Positions 38,230 to 46,805 of a stretch of DNA of 64,000 nt are shown one piece after another; within the stretch, counting starts at the first letter, position 1; each line of letters opens with the position of its first letter. This DNA is from Alphaproteobacteria bacterium (GTDB lineage Bacteria; Pseudomonadota; Alphaproteobacteria; Rs-D84): assembly GCA_009777955.1 (NCBI GenBank), contig WRKW01000001.1:21986-85985 (forward strand), written 5' to 3'. Below the pieces are notes generated by a model. That model had not been told where the DNA came from, ran no database searches, and saw nothing but the letters and a program-made list of their open reading frames with translations. Made by a program: the position numbers and the translations under genes.

Positions 38230-38622
38230 TTATTTGCTGTTTGAAAAAATCTGCAAGATAAAATAGCTGCCCGCCCCCTTAAAGGTAACTCTTCCGCCTT
38301 CTTGTACATCAATTCCGGCTTGTTGGAAATGTTCCCGCATTCCTCTGGAAAAAAGGATTCGATTAGTATTTGGTTCTACATTTACTGGAAAAATTTTTTC
38401 CGCTTTTGTTTCGCCGTTCTGTTTCAGATAATTTTCAATATAAGCATACGGCCGAACCTGTATAATATTTTCATTTTCTATAAATATGAATATATTTTCC
38501 AGGCTCCAGCCAGAAGCCTTTATCCAAACCATAAAATCTTCTGGAATGCGTACGCGGTATTTATGATCGATTTTTGCCGTTAATGATCCGAAGAAATTGA
38601 ATTGGCGCGGTAACGTGTCCAT
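38230..38622 (-). CDS. Divergent MraZ/AbrB-like two-repeat protein
   Basis: 130 aa. First half FFGSLTAKIDHKYRVRIPEDF, second half VNVEPNTNRILFSRGMREHFQQAGI..GRVTFKGAGSYFILQIF. This mirrors the MraZ architecture (xLDxKGRxxIPxxFR ... GRIxIPxxLRxxAGL..vxxvGxxxxfEIW). It starts 17 nt after the yidC stop. Confidence 0.55.
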   Translation of the reverse strand: MDTLPRQFNFFGSLTAKIDHKYRVRIPEDFMVWIKASGWSLENIFIFIENENIIQVRPYAYIENYLKQNGETKAEKIFPVNVEPNTNRILFSRGMREHFQQAGIDVQEGGRVTFKGAGSYFILQIFSNSK

Positions 38623-38639
38623 ATTATATTCTTTATTAA

Positions 38640-40346
38640 TTACGCGTTTCGACTATTGTTTCTTTTTATCATCCACATTTGCCCTATGCCAAACAGATTG
38701 GAAACTGTCCAGTACAGGACCAGTCCCGCCGGCATCCAGGCAAACATTACGGTAAATATCAACGGCAACCATTTCATCATCTTTTGCATTTGTGCCGCTG
38801 GATTCGAAGAGTCTGTGTTGGCGGCAGTTATCTGTAAATGTTGTTGCAGCCACATGGTTGCACCCATAGCTATGGGCAGCACAAAATACGGATCCATTAC
38901 CGACAAATCGGAAATCCAAAGAAAGCCCGCCTGCCGCATGGGTACCGATATCAGCAATGCTTTATACAGCGCGAAGAATATCGGGATTTGCAAAAGCATA
39001 GGCAAACAGCCGCCCATGGGGTTGGTCTTATTGGTTTTATACAGATTCAGCATTTCCGCCTGCATACGTGTTTTATCGTCTGCGTATTGTTTTTGAATCC
39101 GTTGCATTTCCGGTTGCATTTTTTGCATGGCGGCCATGGAAGAAAATGATTTTTTGGTAAGGGGCCACATGAACATACGCAGTATGATTGTAAGTATGAT
39201 TATCGCAACACCATAGTTTCCAACCAGATCATGCAAAGCGTTAAGTGCCCAAAGAAAAGGTCGTGCCAAAAACCAAAACCATCCGTAATCAATTGTTTCT
39301 TCTATGCCTGGGATAAGATGCGCAGCGGCAGAAAGGTCGGATTGATTCTTTGGCCCTGCATAAATAATGGATGTCCAGCTGTATTCTGTACCTGGCTGTA
39401 TGGCATAGGTTTCTATGACATTATCCGCCTGGAACATTCCGTCGGAACGTTGACGCATGCGCAGGGTCTGATCCTGGCCATCGGGGGTCATTATGCGGAC
39501 AATTGTTTGCCAGTACTGATCCGTGAATCCGACAAACCCATCGCTGGTATGAAAGCTGTGTGGTTTTTTGGTCAGTGATTTCCAGCTTTCACGTTCTATT
39601 TCGCCATTTGCACGGGCAATTCCGCCCGTTTCAACCATCATTTGCGGGGTTTCGCCCGCATTGCGGACTATGCGCGCGTACTGGCCGACTGAAACCGGGG
39701 TTTTGCCATGATTTACAACGGTATCATGGGTCGATATGACATAGTTGGTTGATATGGATATACTGCGCCTGAATTCCACGTTTTCCGGCGATTTCCATGA
39801 CATTTCAATGGGATTGCCAGATGTTGCGCGGTTAATTTTCCACAGTGTTCCGGGCAGGGGAACAGATGTGCCGGTTCCCAAAAATCCGATTTCCAAAAAT
39901 TCATTATCATCGGAAAGAAGAATCATGTTAAAGGTATCATTCCCGGGGGATTGAGTTTGCGTAAAATTATCTGGAATATTTTCTATTTCCTTGTCCTTTC
40001 CAGATTCCGGGTTCGCGCCTTGCGCGCCCCGGAATGACATATCTGCTTTATAATTTTTTAATTCTATGTTTGAAATTCGCAATCCTTGGACTTTTGCTGT
40101 AACTTTTTCGCTGATCAGGGATTGTGCCGGAACGTCCGCAACGTTATCTGTTTTGGTTGTGACATTTGGTGTTTGGTTCTCGTTTTTTGATTCATTGCCC
40201 GGTACCAGCCAGCCAGAAATCAGCCAGCCACAAAGCAAAGCAATAGCAACCCAGATAAAGATACTTCCCTTGACGGGCTTTTTGGCATCACGTGCAGCCA
40301 TAAATTGTTGAAACCCGGAACCACCGTTATTCATATACTGTACCAT
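38640..40346 (-). CDS. yidC: Membrane protein insertase YidC
   Basis: The likely start is ATG 40346 (MVQYMNNGG..), preceded by AAAGGAGA. It has an N-terminal TM, a large periplasmic domain and a C-terminal core GNYGVAIIILTIILRMFMWPLTKKSFSSMAAMQKMQPEMQRIQKQYADDK...NPMGGCLPMLLQIPIFFALY. The track ORF starts at 40442. Confidence 0.93.
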   Translation of the reverse strand: MVQYMNNGGSGFQQFMAARDAKKPVKGSIFIWVAIALLCGWLISGWLVPGNESKNENQTPNVTTKTDNVADVPAQSLISEKVTAKVQGLRISNIELKNYKADMSFRGAQGANPESGKDKEIENIPDNFTQTQSPGNDTFNMILLSDDNEFLEIGFLGTGTSVPLPGTLWKINRATSGNPIEMSWKSPENVEFRRSISISTNYVISTHDTVVNHGKTPVSVGQYARIVRNAGETPQMMVETGGIARANGEIERESWKSLTKKPHSFHTSDGFVGFTDQYWQTIVRIMTPDGQDQTLRMRQRSDGMFQADNVIETYAIQPGTEYSWTSIIYAGPKNQSDLSAAAHLIPGIEETIDYGWFWFLARPFLWALNALHDLVGNYGVAIIILTIILRMFMWPLTKKSFSSMAAMQKMQPEMQRIQKQYADDKTRMQAEMLNLYKTNKTNPMGGCLPMLLQIPIFFALYKALLISVPMRQAGFLWISDLSVMDPYFVLPIAMGATMWLQQHLQITAANTDSSNPAAQMQKMMKWLPLIFTVMFAWMPAGLVLYWTVSNLFGIGQMWMIKRNNSRNA

Positions 40347-40440
40347 GAAATCTCCTTTGTACCGGGGAAGTATAACAGGAAATGGCATAGTGTAAAGGGA
40401 ATTGTACATGTCAAAAATTTCGTGAACAGAATTATAACCC

Positions 40441-40590
40441 AAACGGCTCTTTTAAAAGAGCCGTCATGCTTTCCGTTTTTTTGAATGAATAATTAATGCG
40501 TCGCGCAAAGCGCGACACCGACATTGTTATGACGGTAACTGCGTTGCTGTTAAGAATTTGTTTATGGGATTATTGAATTTTACAGTAATA
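40441..40590 (-). repeat. Mosaic repeat (hairpin, family C core, family B fragment) between the Cys-rich gene and yidC
   Basis: AAACGGCTCTTTTAAAAGAGCCGT hairpin. Then ..TTTTTTTGAATGAATAATTAATGCGTCGCGCAAAGCGCGACACC... Then GACGGTAACTGCGTTGCTGTTAAGAATTTG. All are matched elsewhere (43000s, 61300s, 9500s). Confidence 0.8.
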
Positions 40591-40598
40591 ACACATAT

Positions 40599-40628
40599 AA
40601 CAAAACTGCGCGGGGTTGCCGCGCAGCT
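40599..40628 (-). terminator. Rho-independent terminator of the 40652-42838 gene
   Basis: On the minus strand: CTGCGCGGC-aacc-CCGCGCAG followed by TTTTGTT, about 25 nt after the stop. Confidence 0.75.
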
Positions 40629-40651
40629 GTTTTAAATTTTATTAATTCAAG

Positions 40652-42838
40652 TTACTGTGTGATTGTACATGTACTACCAACCCATGTGCCGCTTTTATTT
40701 TGACACCACATTTCATCCATAAAATTGTCTTCGCTTGCACTATTACTTGTTACTGTACCTCTAGTGACGCTTAAACAGGTTTTTGAAATAGATCTGCATG
40801 CATCTCTTGCGATAGATTGGGGGCGCGCATCATCTTGTTTCCCGCCACTATTCTGGTTTAAACATGTTATAACATCCATGACGCAGTTTTCAGCATGACT
40901 TGCGATTACTTCATCTTGTTTAGTTTTTATTTGAAAAAATACACGTTTCAAAAATTCTTTTGTTCCCATGTTATCTGGCTTGAATACTCTTCTGTTTGCT
41001 GGACCTCTAAATGATACATTTTGGCATTTATTCAATACGGATATGCACATGCCATGACTTTTTCCATCTTTCTCGTTTACCCAACCAATTTTGTTCATCA
41101 TGGAAACCAACAACACAGATGCTTGAGGAATGTGAGGGTCAAACCCTTTAGCAGGATCCGATGGAGTAAGCTCATTAAGTTTATCCAACATATCATCTAT
41201 AGTACCAGCACCGTTTCCGCTTAGCCAAGGATTGGCAGATGTTCTACTTGTTCCATAACTCCAGACTTTATAAATTCCTTCGCTGGCAGGCGATGTAACA
41301 GTATCAAAATTACCTGGCATACTTCCCGGCACAAGAGCTCCATTAACTATGAATTTACCTGTCGGATCAAGGCAGTTTTCATAATCGCTGCCACAAACGA
41401 AATCATTCTGCATACAGGCATCAAGTGCGTTTACACAACCTTTCATATCATACATATTCTTGCTTTGTGCAACTGCAAGACGTGCGCGTTCCAATACTGT
41501 CTTTGCATTTTTTACAGTCCGGCGCATATTGGTGTTCGCATCGTCCAGACTGCGTTCGTATACTATGCATTGGCGGTCGATTTCAAGATCGTACGAATTG
41601 GAAAGTATTGTAGTGTCGACACCCTGGCGGCGACAATTTTCAAGAACAGACCGTTTGCATTGGGTAGACGCGCTTTTGTACAGTTCCGCCCCGCGCATAT
41701 TTATAATGTTGCCCCCCCCGCCGAAATTAAACAAAGAGCCAAGGTCGAAACCAAAATCAGAATCAAACGACATCTCAAAATCCAGTGACAGACCTTCGTC
41801 TGAAAATGTCGCGCTGGTCGGCTTTAAATCAAGAACCAACCTTCCAATGCGTGCTATATCGGCCGCATTCTGTGTGGAATCCACGGTGCCGGCCATTGCT
41901 GCTTCGGCTTCTGTTGCGCTGAACAGACTTATGACTTCATCTTTGGTAAGGCCGATATATTGTATTTTACGCGCAACATCTTGTAATTCTTCGGTGGCTT
42001 GTTTAAGGGTACTTTCCAGATTTCTGTATTTTGTTACGCTGGCACTGCATGAACAACGACCCTGGTTGTCATCAAGCACCGCGCAGTATCCATCCATACA
42101 TGAAAAATATTGTGCCCGACAGAAATCTGACAGCTGTGCAATTTCTTCCATTGTGGGTCCGGACATCTGCATTTGTCCCTCTGCACTGCGTGCAGTGCTA
42201 TTGCCAAGGCTGCCGCCGCCTATGCTGCTGTTCCTGCGTATCGGTGTGCCGCGGGCAATCCCACTGCGTTCAGTATTTGCCGGGGTATAAAGAGATCCGC
42301 CGGCGGCTTGGGTAACACCGGAACGCGCCGTATTTACGTTTTGTATTGGTTGTCTGGGGGTGGTTGCCTGTGCCGTTGGTGCGTTTTGCGCCGGTACAGC
42401 CTGTGCCCCGCCGGCCGCACTGCGCATGGCGGATGCAGATCCGCCCGTTGCCATTGCACGGGATGTTTGGGCACCCGAACCCTGGGCATTTATTATATTT
42501 CCAGCGGTAGTTACAGGAACCGCAGAACGCGAAGCCACAGCACGTGTTTGTACTGTGTTCCCCGATCTATCCGCTGGGCGTGTCGCACCCTGAACACCGG
42601 GCACCGCACCGCCACCCCGTGCCACATTGCGATTGATTGTCGCACGTGGATTAATATTTACAGGTTTTGCCGCAACCGGGGCAGTGGATGTTGATGCAGA
42701 TTCAAGCTCTGCCGTTTCTTCTATGGGTTCAACTTCGTCCGCGTATTCATCGGCATACCCGAAATATTGGGCGGGCGAAATCTCTGCAACCGCAGGAAAT
42801 GCAAGCAGTCCAAGCATAGCGAACAAATATTTTTTCAT
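40652..42838 (-). CDS. Large secreted Cys-rich protein with an Arg/Ala/Gly/Ser/Thr-rich N-terminal linker (paralog of 6544-8556)
   Basis: 728 aa. Signal peptide MKKYLFAMLGLLAFPAVAE, about 200 aa of low complexity, then FCRAQYFSCMDGYCAVLDDNQGRCSCS, helical segments, KGCVNALDACMQNDFVCGSDYENC, and C-terminal WCQNKSGTWVGSTCTITQ. 20 Cys by my count. Confidence 0.75.
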   Translation of the reverse strand: MKKYLFAMLGLLAFPAVAEISPAQYFGYADEYADEVEPIEETAELESASTSTAPVAAKPVNINPRATINRNVARGGGAVPGVQGATRPADRSGNTVQTRAVASRSAVPVTTAGNIINAQGSGAQTSRAMATGGSASAMRSAAGGAQAVPAQNAPTAQATTPRQPIQNVNTARSGVTQAAGGSLYTPANTERSGIARGTPIRRNSSIGGGSLGNSTARSAEGQMQMSGPTMEEIAQLSDFCRAQYFSCMDGYCAVLDDNQGRCSCSASVTKYRNLESTLKQATEELQDVARKIQYIGLTKDEVISLFSATEAEAAMAGTVDSTQNAADIARIGRLVLDLKPTSATFSDEGLSLDFEMSFDSDFGFDLGSLFNFGGGGNIINMRGAELYKSASTQCKRSVLENCRRQGVDTTILSNSYDLEIDRQCIVYERSLDDANTNMRRTVKNAKTVLERARLAVAQSKNMYDMKGCVNALDACMQNDFVCGSDYENCLDPTGKFIVNGALVPGSMPGNFDTVTSPASEGIYKVWSYGTSRTSANPWLSGNGAGTIDDMLDKLNELTPSDPAKGFDPHIPQASVLLVSMMNKIGWVNEKDGKSHGMCISVLNKCQNVSFRGPANRRVFKPDNMGTKEFLKRVFFQIKTKQDEVIASHAENCVMDVITCLNQNSGGKQDDARPQSIARDACRSISKTCLSVTRGTVTSNSASEDNFMDEMWCQNKSGTWVGSTCTITQ

Positions 42839-42955
42839 GAAAACCCTTCCTGATGTAATCTATTTTATCACAATAGCGATGAAAATAAAAGCGAAAAGGT
42901 AACTTTTGGAAATTATAGTGGAATATCGCGGTTTATGATATCTATTAAGGGTCGT

Positions 42956-43085
42956 TATGCCTTTCGTTTTTTTGAATGAATAATGAATAGTGAATAATGA
43001 ATAATTAATGCGTCGCGCAAAGCGCGACACCATTGTCATGCCTTCCGCTGTATGATAAGGCATCGTGCACATAGCGCACGATACA
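42956..43085 (-). repeat. Family C composite repeat (reverse orientation). Its hairpin doubles as the likely tig terminator.
   Basis: The reverse complement begins 6 nt after the tig stop with GTATCGTGCGCTATGTGCACGATGC. It continues GGAAGGCATGACAATGGTGTCGCGCTTTGCGCGACGCATTAATTATTCATTATTCACTATTCATTATTCATTCAAAAAAACGAAAGGCAT, almost identical to 6160-6306. Confidence 0.85.
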
Positions 43086-43090
43086 AAGTT

Positions 43091-44365
43091 TTAGTTTTTT
43101 TGTTTAAAAAGCTCTTCGGGATTTACGTTTTTTTCTTTGTGACGGACATGGTTAAGCATTGCGTCCAAAGCTTTTTGTTCAAACAACATTCCGCGAACCA
43201 ATGACATAGCATTGCGGTTCTTGTTATAGAAATCAAACACCTGTTGCGGATTTGGATGACGCGATGCTTCGGCCCATACAGCTTTTTGAAGATCTTCATT
43301 CGTAACATTCACACCGTTCTGGTTGCCCCATTCCGCCAGTATCAATCCAAGTTTTACACGGCGTTCTGCATCCTTTTGCTCTTTTTTTTCATCCCACTTT
43401 ACGTTATGTTTTTCGGCCTCGGTTTTTGCCATTTCAAGTTCCTGTGACACCAAATTTTCGGGCAGATCCAGCTTTATTTTTTCGGCCAGGATATCAAGAA
43501 GTTCGTTCCGCATTTCACGCTTTGATGCTTCTTCATATTGTTCGGCCAGGATTTTTGCAATATGCCCGCGCAATGCCGTCATATTTTCCATACCCACCGA
43601 TTTTGCAAGATCATCATTAAGTTCGGGCAGTATGGGACGGCGGATTTCATGAATCTCGATTTCAAACCTGGCTTTTTTTCCGACCAGTTTTTCAGAATGA
43701 TATTCTTTTGGAAAAGTTGTTTCTATATCGAACTTATCACCGGCTTTATGTCCGATAATTTTTTCTTCGAACCCGGGAATAAATGATCCGCTGCCCAGAT
43801 TCAGATGATGTTTTTTCGCTTCGCCGCCTTCGAATGCTTCGGTTCCCAAAAAGCCTTTGAAGTCTATAACCGCGATGTCCCCATCTTGCGCTTTGCAATC
43901 GGCTTCTTGTTTTTCGGCCTGTGCCCGTGATTTACGCAAATTTTCAAGAGATTTTTCAATTTCGGATTCGGGAACTTCCGTAAGTTTTTTTGTGACTATA
44001 AAGCTATCAAGATTAATTTTTTGCAATTCGGGCAATATGTCGAATTCCAGGGTGTATTCTATATCCTGACCCATTTCGAACTTTGCAACTTCCGCCTTTG
44101 GGGCACCGGCCAGTCTTAACTTTTTCTCTTTCGCGAATTTGTCCATATCCGTGTTCATAAGGTTGTCCACAGCCTCGCTAAGTGCGGCGGCACCATATCT
44201 TCTGCGTAATTCCGAAATCGGAACATGCCCCTTGCGAAATCCCGGAATCGAAACTTTTTCGCCATGGCGGGTCAAAATTTTATCTGCCGCTGTTTGTATT
44301 TCATCTGCCGTCAAGACACCTGTAACCGAATAATGCAAATCTTTGATTTTTTCTTTTTTGAACAT
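43091..44365 (-). CDS. tig: Trigger factor
   Basis: 424 aa. N-terminal ribosome-binding GFRKGHVP motif, a central FKBP-like segment DGDIAVIDFKGF..GG and a C-terminal helical arm. Confidence 0.93.
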   Translation of the reverse strand: MFKKEKIKDLHYSVTGVLTADEIQTAADKILTRHGEKVSIPGFRKGHVPISELRRRYGAAALSEAVDNLMNTDMDKFAKEKKLRLAGAPKAEVAKFEMGQDIEYTLEFDILPELQKINLDSFIVTKKLTEVPESEIEKSLENLRKSRAQAEKQEADCKAQDGDIAVIDFKGFLGTEAFEGGEAKKHHLNLGSGSFIPGFEEKIIGHKAGDKFDIETTFPKEYHSEKLVGKKARFEIEIHEIRRPILPELNDDLAKSVGMENMTALRGHIAKILAEQYEEASKREMRNELLDILAEKIKLDLPENLVSQELEMAKTEAEKHNVKWDEKKEQKDAERRVKLGLILAEWGNQNGVNVTNEDLQKAVWAEASRHPNPQQVFDFYNKNRNAMSLVRGMLFEQKALDAMLNHVRHKEKNVNPEELFKQKN

Positions 44366-44463
44366 AGCAACCCCTTTTTTCAGCCCGGTAATTATATCCG
44401 TGTTTTTCCGTAATGCAAATATTTTTGTTTACATAACGGCCTGTTTTGCGCTAGATTGCCTTT

Positions 44464-45558
44464 ATGAGAAAATTGTTGGCATTATTTGCCCTGTGTCTTG
44501 CGCCATATGCCCTGTCCGCTGCGGAATACAGTGCCGCGCTGGTTGCAGATATGGATACGGGAACGGTGCTTTTCAAAGACCGCGCAGATGATTTGAATTA
44601 TCCGGCCAGCCTTACCAAAATAATGACACTTTACCTTACGTTCGATGCATTAGAGCATGGGCGGCTGAATCTGAACGATCATTTGATAGTATCTGTGGCC
44701 GCAGCAAGTGCAAAGCCGGTAAAACTGGGACTTTCTGCGGGTTCTAAAATTTCAGTAGAAGATGCGATAAAGGCCGTTGCGGTTCATTCTGCCAATGATG
44801 TTGCGCGGGTTTTGGCCGAAAATCTGAAAGGTGGCAAAGAAGGAAATTTCGCATCGCTTATGACCGATGTCGCAAGGCAAATAGGCCTTTCAAAAACCAA
44901 TTTCGAAAATGCGTCGGGTCTGCCGGATGAAGATCATCTTTCCAGCGCGCGCGATATCGCATTGCTATCAATGGCGACGTACAAACATTTTCCACAATAT
45001 TGGAAGTATTTTGGATTGAAAAGCTTTACCTATGGCGGCAAGACATACAGCAACAGCAATAAACTTTTGGGCGTTTATCCCGGTATGGATGGAATGAAAA
45101 CAGGCTTTACAAATAGTGCCAAATATTGTCTGGTTGCTACTGCAAAACGTGACGGGCGGCGCATAATGGCGGTGGTTTTGGGCGCACCGACCAGGGAAGC
45201 GCGAAGCAACGCGGTACGTCGGTTGTTGGACAGGGGATTCGGAAGAGAAAATAATTTGGCCGCAGTTGAAAATCCCGCACCCGCGCCAACGCCATCGGTA
45301 CAAAAACCGTCTGTCATAGTGGCGAAAAATAACGATGGCGGTGGCAAATCGGGTGTACAGTTCGGCGCATTCGGATCAAGGAATGCTGCGGAAACCCAGG
45401 TTAAGAAAGTACAGACTGTGTTCGGATTAAAACCCGTGATAGAGCAATCATCCAACAAAATGTTCCGTGTACGGGTTGGTGGGATGTCTTTGGGTTCGGC
45501 GCAACAGATAGCGTCGCAATGCAAGTCAAAGGGAATAGACTGTTTTGTGTTCAGATAA
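44464..45558 (+). CDS. D-alanyl-D-alanine carboxypeptidase (PBP5/6-like, S11) with a C-terminal SPOR domain
   Basis: 364 aa. Signal peptide; SLTK (SxxK), SAND (SxN) and KTG motifs. The C-terminus GVQFGAFGSRNAAETQVKKV...MFRVRVGGMSLGSAQQIASQCKSKGIDCFVFR fits the SPOR pattern. Confidence 0.88.
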   Translation: MRKLLALFALCLAPYALSAAEYSAALVADMDTGTVLFKDRADDLNYPASLTKIMTLYLTFDALEHGRLNLNDHLIVSVAAASAKPVKLGLSAGSKISVEDAIKAVAVHSANDVARVLAENLKGGKEGNFASLMTDVARQIGLSKTNFENASGLPDEDHLSSARDIALLSMATYKHFPQYWKYFGLKSFTYGGKTYSNSNKLLGVYPGMDGMKTGFTNSAKYCLVATAKRDGRRIMAVVLGAPTREARSNAVRRLLDRGFGRENNLAAVENPAPAPTPSVQKPSVIVAKNNDGGGKSGVQFGAFGSRNAAETQVKKVQTVFGLKPVIEQSSNKMFRVRVGGMSLGSAQQIASQCKSKGIDCFVFR

Positions 45559-46145
45559 TGAATTCTAAGATTGAAAAACTTATCAAACAATTTGCAAAGT
45601 TGCCCCGCGTCGGGGGGCGTGCCGCACAACGCATTGTTCTGGCTTTGTTACAGGACAAGACCGGGCGTGCCGCGATGCTGGCCGCGGCACTTATCGATGC
45701 TGCGGAAACAATAAAGCCTTGTTCTATATGTGGGTGCCTTGCGGATTCTGATGTTTGCGAATTCTGCCGCGATATGTCCCGCGCAGATGGCCGACTTTGT
45801 ATAGTACGCGATCTGGGTGATGTATGGACAATTGAAAAATCTGGTGTGTTTCGCGGTCGGTATCATATTATCGGTGGTCTTTTGTCTGCCGCTGCTGGTA
45901 CTATTCCCGAAGATCTTAATATCTCTAATATTCCCGCACGTATAGCGGACGAGAAAATTGCAGAAGTAATTTTTGCACTTCCCAATACTGTTGAAGGAAA
46001 AACCACACAACATTTCATCATAAACAAAGTACAGGGTATAGCGCGATTTTCCGAACTGGCAAGTGGTGTGCCACTTGGCGGGGATCTGGACTATATCGAC
46101 GATGGTACATTGTCGATTGCATTCGATGAAAGAAAGCAGATATAG
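45558..46145 (+). CDS. recR: Recombination protein RecR
   Basis: The likely start is ATG 45558, overlapping the upstream TAA (TAATG). LPRVGGRAAQRI (helix-hairpin-helix), Zn finger CSICGCLADSDVCEFC and a Toprim segment LCIVRDLGDV. Confidence 0.92.
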   Translation: MNSKIEKLIKQFAKLPRVGGRAAQRIVLALLQDKTGRAAMLAAALIDAAETIKPCSICGCLADSDVCEFCRDMSRADGRLCIVRDLGDVWTIEKSGVFRGRYHIIGGLLSAAAGTIPEDLNISNIPARIADEKIAEVIFALPNTVEGKTTQHFIINKVQGIARFSELASGVPLGGDLDYIDDGTLSIAFDERKQI

Positions 46146-46199
46146 GCACAAGGCGCAAGTGCTTTAAGCAAATTTAGTTGCGTGTTTTAATTACAGTAT

Positions 46200-46709
46200 C
46201 TAACGTTTATGCACAAATTTATTCCCGGCCGCTTTTTTAAGCCGATAATATTCATACGCCGCATGTGCCGATATGCCACCGGTTAACGCGGTTACGGATC
46301 CAAAAAGTATACATGCCAGTGGTACGTCTATAATATCCCTTGCCACTGTTGCCGCATAAACGATGATAAAGGCACCCAATATGGTTGGTATCGCGTATAC
46401 CATTGCTTTGACTTTGCAACTATACATATCGTTTTCATAGAATATATGGAATCTTTCATAATACTTGTCTTTCCATTCCCGGTTCTGGTTCATATATGCT
46501 TCGCGGACGGCAAATTCATCAAATCCGTCTTTTGATGGCGAATGCTTGCACAGGAAATTCATCGCATCCCCCAATTTCTGAAATTCTTCTTTGCTTCCGC
46601 CGTGATCAGGATGGTGAATTTTCGCTTTTGTGCGATATGCTTTTTTAAGATCTTTTAACGATGCGTCGCGTGACAGTCCCAAAATATCGTATGCTTCTAT
46701 ATAGTTCAT
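46200..46709 (-). CDS. J-domain protein with two C-terminal transmembrane helices
   Basis: 169 aa. YDILGLSRDASLKDLKKAYRTKAKIHHPDHGG contains the HPD motif. The C-terminal hydrophobic stretches are AMVYAIPTILGAFIIVYAA and LACILFGSVTALTGGISA. Confidence 0.75.
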   Translation of the reverse strand: MNYIEAYDILGLSRDASLKDLKKAYRTKAKIHHPDHGGSKEEFQKLGDAMNFLCKHSPSKDGFDEFAVREAYMNQNREWKDKYYERFHIFYENDMYSCKVKAMVYAIPTILGAFIIVYAATVARDIIDVPLACILFGSVTALTGGISAHAAYEYYRLKKAAGNKFVHKR

Positions 46710-46805
46710 GTTATTTCCTTTTTACAGGAATATTATATGTCTAAATTATCCTTTGTCAAGTTATTTACGGTGGAAAAATATTATGGATTCAAGCATAATG
46801 TGATT

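Noticed and set aside
41460-42290. 276-aa plus-strand ORF (and neighbours at 42173-42694 and 42031-42315) antisense to the 728-aa Cys-rich gene
   Set aside because: It has a Ser/Arg/Leu-rich nonsense composition with no start context. The minus-strand gene has a signal peptide, a coherent Cys pattern and a terminator.
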